Assembly (NCBI GenBank): GCA_045130235.1
Contig: JBGUPJ010000021.1
Coordinates: 256,875-320,874, forward strand
Direction of reading: 5' to 3'
Origin: Bacteroidales bacterium
GTDB lineage: Bacteria > Bacteroidota > Bacteroidia > Bacteroidales > WCHB1-69
DNA length: 64,000 nt
Below, one piece after another: positions 1 to 8,000 of this stretch (within the stretch, counting starts at the first letter, position 1; every line of letters begins with the position of its first letter). The notes under the pieces are model-generated. The model made no database searches. It was not told the DNA's origin and saw nothing but the letters and a program-made list of their open reading frames with translations. A program made the position numbers and the translations under genes.

Positions 1-117
1 GACGGCGTTGCGAATGTTAGGAAGGTTGTCTATACCATTGTGTATCATATTGTTGATTCGTTGCTCCCCACGCGTTGCGTGAGGTTATTATGGCTTGCCC
101 CTTCGGGGCGGCTTAAT

Positions 118-175
118 GTTCAAAGTTCAGTTTTCAGTTTTCAGTTTTCAATTTTCAATTTTCAATTTTCAATTT
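118..175 (+). repeat. Heptanucleotide tandem array (TTTTCAR)n, locus A
   Basis: Six exact-period units TTTTCAG x3 then TTTTCAA x3 span 131-172, with degenerate units 118-130. The array ends 5 nt before the stop codon (180-182) of the minus-strand permease gene. Confidence 0.9.
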
Positions 176-179
176 CCCC

Positions 180-1292
180 TCACTCTCCCTTCACCCGTAT
201 CGCACTCTGTATAGCATTGCCAATCAGCATAAAAGCGAGCACCAATAGCATGATGGCGATACCTGGCACGATGGCCAGATAGGCGTTGTCGAGTACAATG
301 TAGGCGTAATTCTCTTTCATCATCATGCCCCACGATGGGGTAGGAGGCTGCACGCCGAGCCCCAAGAAACTCAATCCGGCCTCCATCAAAATGGCCGACG
401 AGAAATTCGACGCCGCAATCACGATGACCGTACCCGCCACATTGGGCAGAAGGTGTTTGACGATAATGTGGAAACTGCTGTAACCTAATGCTTTACCTGC
501 CTCCACAAACTCTTTTTCTCGTAAGCTCATCATCTGTCCGCGCACCACCCTCGCCACATCCACCCACATGGTGAGTCCGAGTGCGAGGAAAATCTGCCAG
601 AACCCCTTGCCCAGCGCAAAGCTGATGGCGATGACCAGCAGTAGGGTAGGGATGGACCACACCACGTTGATGAACCACATCAGCACATCGTCCACCCACC
701 CGCGGAAATAGCCGGCGATGGAGCCGATAAGGATACCGATAATCAGTGCGATAGTTACCGAGATGCCTCCCACTGCCAGACTGATGCGGCTGCCGATGAG
801 CAGCTGGCTCAGCACGTCGCGGCCGTACCGGTCGGTGCCCAGCAGGAACCGCTTTGTGATGACCGGCTCGTCATCGCTGAGCTCTGTGCGGGCGTAGGCC
901 ATTTCTGTGCTGCTGCCGCTTTCAAACGGCCGCACATAGACACTGTCGCCAGCCGCGCGGTAACTCTCTCTCTCTATGGGAACGGTTTGATATTCAGCGG
1001 GCTGCCCAAACAACATTCGGTGAAAAAACGAATGCTGCTCCACCTCCGTGGCGGTTTTCAACTGAAGCTCCTGTACGGTGAATCCGGGTTTCTTGAGCGC
1101 AATCTCCAACTGCTGGTGGTTGCAGTAGGGGGTGGAATCTGGCGTGATAAGATACCCCAGCAGTGCGATGATGATCACAAGAAGGATGAAGCCTAACGAC
1201 ACCATCCCCATCTTGTCCTTGCGGAATCGTTTCCATGTCAGCTCCGACAACGAAACCGCACGGTACTCCTTCCTTTTCCACCATTTCACCAT
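180..1292 (-). CDS. ABC transporter permease, OppC/DppC type (peptide/nickel family)
   Basis: ORF 180..1343 is a multi-TM protein with 'LLGTDRYGRDVLSQLLIGSRISL' and 'EAGLSFLGLGVQPP' motifs typical of binding-protein-dependent permeases. I moved the start to Met18 (1292) because the Met1 codon lies in the loop of the hairpin at 1331-1354. Confidence 0.8.
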   Translation of the reverse strand: MVKWWKRKEYRAVSLSELTWKRFRKDKMGMVSLGFILLVIIIALLGYLITPDSTPYCNHQQLEIALKKPGFTVQELQLKTATEVEQHSFFHRMLFGQPAEYQTVPIERESYRAAGDSVYVRPFESGSSTEMAYARTELSDDEPVITKRFLLGTDRYGRDVLSQLLIGSRISLAVGGISVTIALIIGILIGSIAGYFRGWVDDVLMWFINVVWSIPTLLLVIAISFALGKGFWQIFLALGLTMWVDVARVVRGQMMSLREKEFVEAGKALGYSSFHIIVKHLLPNVAGTVIVIAASNFSSAILMEAGLSFLGLGVQPPTPSWGMMMKENYAYIVLDNAYLAIVPGIAIMLLVLAFMLIGNAIQSAIRVKGE

Positions 1293-1330
1293 GGAATATT
1301 TATCAAATTGGCCGTTTTGTACGTTATTAA

Positions 1331-1354
1331 AGAGACGCGGCATGCCACGTCTCT
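1331..1354 (-). terminator. Candidate intrinsic terminator of kamD
   Basis: The hairpin is AGAGACG-(10 nt loop)-CGTCTCT. On the minus strand it lies 47 nt after the kamD stop and is followed by UUUAAUAA. Confidence 0.45.
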
Positions 1355-1358
1355 ACCT

Positions 1359-1400
1359 TATTCAATTTTCAATTTTCCGTTTTCAATTTTCCATTTTCAA
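1359..1400 (+). repeat. Heptanucleotide tandem array (TTTTCAA-like), locus B
   Basis: The units are TTATTCAA TTTTCAA TTTTCCG TTTTCAA TTTTCCA TTTTCAA with period 7. The array abuts the kamD stop codon (1401-1403). Confidence 0.9.
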
Positions 1401-2957
1401 TTATTCCCTCGCCTTCATTCTTTCGATGAACGGGTTGAAATAATTCTCGCCCTTCGCGGTCACGCCAGCGAGACCCTTGCCGCCGGTCTTGCTGCGCTTG
1501 ACATCGCCGAAGATCCCCTTCTCGAGGGCTGTGAAAAGTCCCTCATTAACAATCTCTTGCAGCAGGTCGATGGCGTTGTTGAGCACGGTCTTGGCGCGTT
1601 CGCGGCAGATGCCTCCCTCGCGGAATTCCATCTCATCGCTGATGTCGCGCATGTTGTTGAAAATGTAGCGGGCGTTCTCGATGGAGAGGTAACGGTCGCT
1701 CATGAAGGGGGTGTGGATAGCCTCGGTGGGCATACCGAGCAACTGGATTCCCTGGTGGGTCCAGATGCCGATGATGTTGAAGAGCGCGTCTTGGATATGG
1801 CCGCGGAAGATGTTGCCGGTCATAAACTTAGTGGGCGGCATGTACTTGAGCGTGGCCTTCGGGAAGATCTCGCGGGTCATCTGTGCCTGTGCCAGCTCGA
1901 GGAGGAAGCCGTTTTCCAACATCGGATCCATCTCGAAGGCGTGACCGAGGCCCATCTGCTCTTCGGGCAGACCGGCCAGCAGAGCCAGCTGCTCGTTGAT
2001 GAGGTCAGAGGCGAGCACGGTGTGGGCGGCCTCCACGGCGTCGGCGGTGGTGAGGTAGTTGTCCTCGCCCGTGTTGATGATAACACCAGCGAAGCCGTTG
2101 ATGACGCGGGAGAAATACTGGTCGATGAGGGTGCGCTGCGGGTTGATGTCGCGGAAGAGGATGCCGTAGAGGGCATCGTTGAGCATCACATCCAGTCTTT
2201 CCAAAGCACCCATGGCGGCGATCTCAGGCATGCAAAGTCCTGAACAGTAGTTGCATAAACGAATGTAGCGACCTTGTTCTTCGCCAACTTCGTCAAGCGC
2301 CTTTCGCATGATGCGGAAGTTCTCCTGTGTGGCGAAAGTGCCGCCGAAACCTTCGGTGGTGGCACCATAAGGCACGTAGTCAAGAAGGCTCTGGCCAGTG
2401 GTACGAATCACGGCGATGACATCGGCACCCTGGCGTGCGCCGGCCTGCGCCTGCACCACGTCCTCGTAGATATTACCCGTTGCCACAATGATATACAGAT
2501 ACGGCTTGGGACCTTCGCCGATGGTTTTCAGATACTCGTTTCTCTTCGCCACATTGCCTTTGATTCGCTCCATACAGGTGTCCACGTAGGGGGTGACGGC
2601 CTTCTGGATTTCGGCAAGGGGGTGGAGTTTCAGCTGGGTGATGTCGAGCTGGCCGTTCATCATGGCCTCCGCGATCTCCTGCGGCGATTTGCCCGTCTCC
2701 AAAATGGCGTTACCCATATAGAAAAGCACGCCTTCTTTCAGCACGCCTTTCTCTTGCAAGGCATTCACCACCACATTCGGCAGCGGCACGTCGTTGCTGT
2801 CGATGCCGTCGATGCCGATGAGGCGGCAGAGAGTGCGTTCCACGGCAACGGTGGTGTACCCGTCAACAAATTTTTGCACGTCGGCGGCAATGTCTCCAGC
2901 TAATTTTTTAGCATATTTAACTTTTTGAAAATCAAGTCCTAATTTGCTTTTTTCCAT
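1401..2957 (-). CDS. kamD: Lysine 5,6-aminomutase alpha subunit (KamD)
   Basis: The 518-aa ORF is collinear with clostridial and Porphyromonas KamD as I remember them. Matching stretches include 'TVAVERTLCRLIGIDG', 'YIIVATGNIYEDVVQAQAGARQGADVIAVIRTTGQSLLDYVPYGATTEGFGGTFATQENFR' and 'RLCNYCSGLCMPEIAAMGALERLDVMLNDALYGILFRDIN'. Confidence 0.9.
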   Translation of the reverse strand: MEKSKLGLDFQKVKYAKKLAGDIAADVQKFVDGYTTVAVERTLCRLIGIDGIDSNDVPLPNVVVNALQEKGVLKEGVLFYMGNAILETGKSPQEIAEAMMNGQLDITQLKLHPLAEIQKAVTPYVDTCMERIKGNVAKRNEYLKTIGEGPKPYLYIIVATGNIYEDVVQAQAGARQGADVIAVIRTTGQSLLDYVPYGATTEGFGGTFATQENFRIMRKALDEVGEEQGRYIRLCNYCSGLCMPEIAAMGALERLDVMLNDALYGILFRDINPQRTLIDQYFSRVINGFAGVIINTGEDNYLTTADAVEAAHTVLASDLINEQLALLAGLPEEQMGLGHAFEMDPMLENGFLLELAQAQMTREIFPKATLKYMPPTKFMTGNIFRGHIQDALFNIIGIWTHQGIQLLGMPTEAIHTPFMSDRYLSIENARYIFNNMRDISDEMEFREGGICRERAKTVLNNAIDLLQEIVNEGLFTALEKGIFGDVKRSKTGGKGLAGVTAKGENYFNPFIERMKARE

Positions 2958-3009
2958 TCTTTTTATGTTGATTTTTTATAAAATAATTCTAATTACAGAA
3001 ATTAAGCGG

Positions 3010-3017
3010 CAAAATTA
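3010..3017 (-). promoter_or_regulatory. Bacteroides-type -7 box (TAATTTTG) for kamD
   Basis: Plus-strand CAAAATTA is the reverse complement of TAnnTTTG. It lies 53 nt upstream of the kamD ATG. Confidence 0.4.
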
Positions 3018-3062
3018 CAAAACAATTTCAAAATGACAAATGCTGATATGGAGCTTTTTTTG

Positions 3063-3070
3063 TAACTTTG
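3063..3070 (+). promoter_or_regulatory. Bacteroides-type -7 box (TAACTTTG) for the antiporter gene
   Basis: Exact TAnnTTTG match 19 nt upstream of the ATG at 3089. Confidence 0.45.
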
Positions 3071-3088
3071 CACCCTTAATTTTTAGCT

Positions 3089-4855
3089 ATGTCAGAAGAC
3101 CTCCATTTTGTGAGCGATTTGGCGCTCATTCTCATATCTGCGGGTGTTATAACTGTGATTTTCAAGTTGTTGAAACAACCGCTTGTGCTAGGGTATATCG
3201 TGGCCGGATTCCTTGTTGGACCCCATTTCAAAATTTTTCCCACCGTAATGGAGCAGACTTCTATTCATGAATGGTCGGAAATCGGTATCATCTTTTTGCT
3301 TTTTGCCCTTGGACTTGAATTTAGTTTTAAAAAGCTTTTTAAAGTGGGTGGCACCGCTATCATTGCCTCCATCGCGGAAATTGTGATCATGTTCTGCATA
3401 GGCTTTTTCACGGGCTATCTGATGAAGTGGACCGTGATGGAGAGCATTTTCCTTGGCGGTATGTTGGCGATGTCTTCCACCACTATCATCATCAAGGCTT
3501 TCGATGATTTGTCGTTGAAGAAGGAACGGTTCGCTGACATCACTATGGTCATTCTCATCATTCAAGATATTGTGGCGATTTTAATGATGGTCTTGCTGTC
3601 CACGGCGGCGGTGAGCCGGCAGGTGGACGGTACCGACATGCTCATGTGCATTGTGAAGCTTGTGTTTTTCATGGTGCTATGGTTTGTGGTGGGTATTTCT
3701 ATCATCCCCACCTTTTTCAGGAAGGCAAAAAAATATATTAACGACGAGACGCTGCTCATCATTTCTATTGGGCTCTGTTTCGGGATGGTGGTCTTTGCTA
3801 ATTATGTCGGTTTCTCGTCAGCTTTGGGCGCTTTTGTGATGGGATCTATTTTGTCTGAAACTATTGAGGCAGAGCATATTGAAAAATTATTGAAAAGTGT
3901 GAAGGATCTGTTTGGGGCCATCTTTTTTGTCTCAGTAGGTATGATGGTAGATCCGAAAATTTTAGTGGATTATTGGCCTACAATTTTGACGCTTACTTGT
4001 ATTGTGTTGGTGGTGAAGGCGTTGATATCCTCTTTCAGTGTGTTGATTGCAGGGGAAGATTTGAAAACTTCGTTGCAGGTCGGATTCAGTTTGGCACAGA
4101 TTGGCGAATTTGCATTCATCATCGCCGCACTTGGTGTTTCATTAAAAGTGATGAATCCCGTCATCTATCCGATTATTGTCGCGGTGGCGGTCATCAGTAC
4201 TTTCACAACCCCGTACTGCATACGTTTGTCTGGACCTGTTTTCCGTTTTTTGGATAAGCGTATTCCTGAAAAAGTGAAAAAGGTGTTGGATGCCTATCAG
4301 TTGTTGGGTGGCGCCAACAAGTTTGGCAGCGGATGGCGTAAAGTAATATCCACATCCTTGGTGCGCACCATTGTCTTTGGTGTGTGTAGTATGGCAGTGG
4401 TGCTGGTCGCTGCAAGGTTTTTTTATCCCTTTACTATCAGTAAGTTAAAGGATGTTTTGCGCCATGAATGGATTGTCAATCTGATCAACTGCGTGGTCAC
4501 GCTGTTAGTGCTTGCCCCATTTTTGTTGGGACTGATCCGGCATGGCAGTCGCACCCAGTATGTTTATGCGCAACTATGGCGGCAGAATCGCTCCAATCGC
4601 ATCGCTATTGTGACGTGGACACTGCTGCGCATTTTTGCTGCCTGCATGTTTGTGGTGGCGGTTCTCTCCAAAACCTTCAATGCCAGTTTGTGGGTGCTGC
4701 TCCCCATAGCCATTGTGCTGGTGCTGTTTATCGGATTGTCGCATAGTATGTTGCAGCGTTATGTGCGCTTGGAGGAGAATTTCATGCAGAATTTGAATGC
4801 GAAAGAAAATGAGGCTACGCAGGTGACGACTGCGGAGTCAGGGAGACAAGGGTAG
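3089..4855 (+). CDS. Cation:proton antiporter, CPA2 / KefB-like (Na_H_Exchanger family)
   Basis: The 588-aa product is a polytopic membrane protein. Its N-terminus 'LILISAGVITVIFKLLKQPLVLGYIVAGFLVGP' is the canonical start of this family. I see no C-terminal TrkA-N domain. Confidence 0.8.
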   Translation: MSEDLHFVSDLALILISAGVITVIFKLLKQPLVLGYIVAGFLVGPHFKIFPTVMEQTSIHEWSEIGIIFLLFALGLEFSFKKLFKVGGTAIIASIAEIVIMFCIGFFTGYLMKWTVMESIFLGGMLAMSSTTIIIKAFDDLSLKKERFADITMVILIIQDIVAILMMVLLSTAAVSRQVDGTDMLMCIVKLVFFMVLWFVVGISIIPTFFRKAKKYINDETLLIISIGLCFGMVVFANYVGFSSALGAFVMGSILSETIEAEHIEKLLKSVKDLFGAIFFVSVGMMVDPKILVDYWPTILTLTCIVLVVKALISSFSVLIAGEDLKTSLQVGFSLAQIGEFAFIIAALGVSLKVMNPVIYPIIVAVAVISTFTTPYCIRLSGPVFRFLDKRIPEKVKKVLDAYQLLGGANKFGSGWRKVISTSLVRTIVFGVCSMAVVLVAARFFYPFTISKLKDVLRHEWIVNLINCVVTLLVLAPFLLGLIRHGSRTQYVYAQLWRQNRSNRIAIVTWTLLRIFAACMFVVAVLSKTFNASLWVLLPIAIVLVLFIGLSHSMLQRYVRLEENFMQNLNAKENEATQVTTAESGRQG

Positions 4856-4890
4856 TTCGAGAAGTCGGCACCGTTTGTTTTGTTTGATAT

Positions 4891-4922
4891 AAGGCACTGA
4901 TTGATAATTCAATTGGTGCCTT
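4891..4922 (+). terminator. Candidate terminator of the antiporter gene
   Basis: AAGGCAC-(18 nt)-GTGCCTT is followed by TATTTATTTG, 36 nt after the stop codon. A second AT-rich hairpin TTGCCCTA...TAGGGCAA follows at 4930-4971. Confidence 0.45.
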
Positions 4923-5023
4923 TATTTATTTGCCCTATAATTATTTTAAAATAAATTCATTATTAGGGCAACATTTTTCTGTGAAAATGGTAAAAAAACT
5001 ATGGTAAAATGAATTATTTTTAG

Positions 5024-5031
5024 TAATTTTG
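5024..5031 (+). promoter_or_regulatory. Bacteroides-type -7 box (TAATTTTG) for the giant gene
   Basis: Exact TAnnTTTG match 57 nt upstream of the ATG at 5088, in an AT-rich 230-bp intergenic region. Confidence 0.4.
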
Positions 5032-5087
5032 CTTTTATTGGTTGAAATAAAAAGTTTTGATTAACTTATTGAATAATAGATAGTTAT

Positions 5088-8000
5088 ATGAAGCGATTGG
5101 GATTTAAACTGCTGTTAGCTGCAGCGATGGGCATGCTGTTGGGACATGTGCATGCTCAAAATACCAACAACTTATGCCTCAATGCCAACCCGTTCTGTAC
5201 GGATGAGAACCCTTACGGTGTTTCGTTCCCTGCGGGTACTGATGCTACGGCCACCCCGGACCTTCCGGATGCTCAGCGTGGCTGCTTGTATTATACTCCT
5301 GCACCGGCATGGTATGTGATGCAAATTGACAACCCCGGCGATCTGTTGATTTACATGCAGCACAGCGGTGGTCGTGATATCGACTTCGCTTGCTGGGGGC
5401 CTTTTACGGGCTACAACACATACGGCGAACTCCTCCAGGCTGTCTGTACTTCACGACTCACGGGTAATGGTAGTACCCATCGTCCCAACAATGGCTATCA
5501 CGATCCCAACAATCCCGGCACATGGGGCGGCTATCCCAACGGCAACCTCATCGACTGTAGCTATAGTGCGGCTTCTACAGAATGGTGCTTCATTCCTGAT
5601 GCACAAGTCGGTCAGTGGTATATCTTTTTGATTTGTAACTATTCGCGCGCTTCTGGTACCATCTCTTTCAATGTACAGGATGGTGAGGCTACCACCAACT
5701 GCAACATTTTGGCCAATATCAGTAACAACGGTCCTCTTTGTGAAGGAGAGGATTTGCAACTTTTCTGCAACGCCACCAGTACTATCGGTTATACCTGGAC
5801 CGGTCCCAACGGTTTCACCTCTAACCAGCAGAATCCTATCATTCCCAACGTGACCCCCGCCGCTTCAGGCACTTACACGGTCACTTATCGTCCCAACAAT
5901 GCCAATGAGGTGCAGACAGGTACCACCACCGTGGAGGTCTATGACCGTCCGACCGCTGAAATCACTCCTTCACAGGAAGGTCTGTGTAATGGTGAGGCCG
6001 TCATGCTGTACGGATCCTCCGACTGCGCAACGTGTCAGTATCAGTGGAGCAACGGTTCCAACCAGCATTCCATCAGTGTGCTGCCTACTGTAACGACCAC
6101 CTATACCTTGACGGTAACGAATGGCAATTGTAGTTCGGTGGCATCGCAGACTATCTTGGTGGGCGCAGTGCCTACCGTGGCAGTCGCACCTTCTGTCATC
6201 ACCCTCTGCTCTGCCATCGGTTATGTGGATCTGGAGGCTATCTCCACCCAGTGCGGTACGGGTTGTACATACGAGTGGAGCAATGGCGTCACGGGAGCAG
6301 TGGACCATGTCACAATGGGTGACTGCACTCCTGATGTGGACAACATCTTCACGGTGACCTGTACCAACAGTTACGGTTGTACGGCCGAAGCCTACGCCAT
6401 CGTCCGTATGACGGAGAACGTGAACGTGGCCGACTGTAACGTGTTCTATGCCGATAACCATGGTGATCCGGTATCGCAGGGTCTTACACCATCTTCGCCG
6501 ACAACGGTTCAGCATGCCATCGAGCAGGCTTCGTGTACCAACGCCATTATCCGACTGGATACGGGTGTGTACGTCATTGACCAGCCGATCCATCTGGCCA
6601 GCAACTTGACGATTGAAGGTGGATTTATGGATGATTATAAGGTGAAGACTTCTGAGATCGGAGCCACCACGATCTATCGTTCTAGCCAATACGTGGAAGG
6701 AACCTCAATGGCTCCGCGACTGGTGGCCATAGAGGCGAGCAGCTTGAACGACTTCCGTTTGCAGGACCTCACCATTCAGACCGCTGATGCCCCCAATCTG
6801 CCCGGCATCAACACCACCACCAATGCGGCTGATGATAAAGACTGCTACAATATGGTGGAGCCTGGCGAGCAGATGCCAGCAGCTTATGTCCATTGCGGCA
6901 ATACCGCCATTTCAGCATACCAAATTCTTCCGGGACAGAACCCTTACAGCCGTTTTGTCACGCTGTATAAGTCGGCCGAGCTGGGCGGAGTGCCGGCTAC
7001 ATTCACCGCCCTCGGACTGGATGTGGCAACGGTGACGGATGTGCCAGTGGACGGTAACCTGCGTTATGTGACCATCACCTTCATTGAAGTTCCTTTCGAG
7101 AATTTCAACGACTATTGCCAAGCCAACGGAACAGCTCCGACCGGTAGCGGTGTGGGTTATTATACAGACCTCTTCGGAATGCCGGGCGCTACGGTAGTCT
7201 ATGACGGTTATTTCTGTGTGGATGGAACAGGATTGCTCACCTTCCCCATCAATTATGACTATCAGGGCGGCAACTTGATTGTCATTTTCGACGGTATCGC
7301 TTGTTACACCAGCAACAACAATGGTGGTTGTACCATTACCGTGCAGGGTGGTACTACCAATGCAAGTGACTATATGTCGGGTCGTATGACTGTCCAAAGC
7401 AACACTCCTTTGAGTGGCCAGTGGGATCGTATCCCCAGATATTTTCCGGAGCGTCCCAATATCTCTTTCTTCACATGTACTGACCGAACGGTGGAAGGCA
7501 ATGTGGTGGCAACGGTCAATCCGGGCACTACGCCCCAGAGTTTCCCATTGCCGGGTGATGCGGGTCATCATCGTACTGCCGCTCTTTATACTTCCTCCGA
7601 GATTGGAACGGGTCCGCGTATGCTCTCCGGCATCGCCTTGGATGTGGCCAACATTAGTCCTGTGGCAGGTAGAACGCGCACGGTGCGCATCTATTTGAAA
7701 AATACTACGGATGCCACCTTGACCCCCGGTCAGGTGTGGAACCAATATATATCGAACTCTTCACTGGTATATTCGGGTACCTTCTGTGAGGATGCTACGG
7801 GTTGGACCACCTTCCCTGTCAACTTCGCCTACGAGGGTAACAATCTGATGGTGATGATTGAGGGTGAAGGCTGCGGTTCTACCGGTGGTTGTCCTGTGAT
7901 GGTTAATTGTAGCTCAGTAGCTGACCAATGCGTGTTCACCACCACCAATGATGGCGCCTACTATTCCATAAACTCACTGTCTGCCAGCGCTTATCGTCCT

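Noticed and set aside
1-48. A possible 5' end of a minus-strand gene has its ATG at 48 (MIHNGIDNLPNIRNAV...) and runs off the left edge.
   Set aside because: Only 16 codons are visible, with no recognisable motif or promoter box. That is too little to call.
40-282. Some ORFs have translations containing 'FSFQFSIFNFQFSI'-type strings: 40..282, 1132..1443, the 5' end of 32748..34889, and 37295..37972.
   Set aside because: These strings are just translations of the (TTTTCAR)n heptamer arrays. The ORFs otherwise overlap real genes on the other strand.
2958-3088. I looked for a cobalamin riboswitch upstream of kamD, and upstream of the BtuD/FepC-like ATPase gene (42175..42329).
   Set aside because: The spacers are short and AT-rich and lack a recognisable B12-box or multi-stem GC-rich core.
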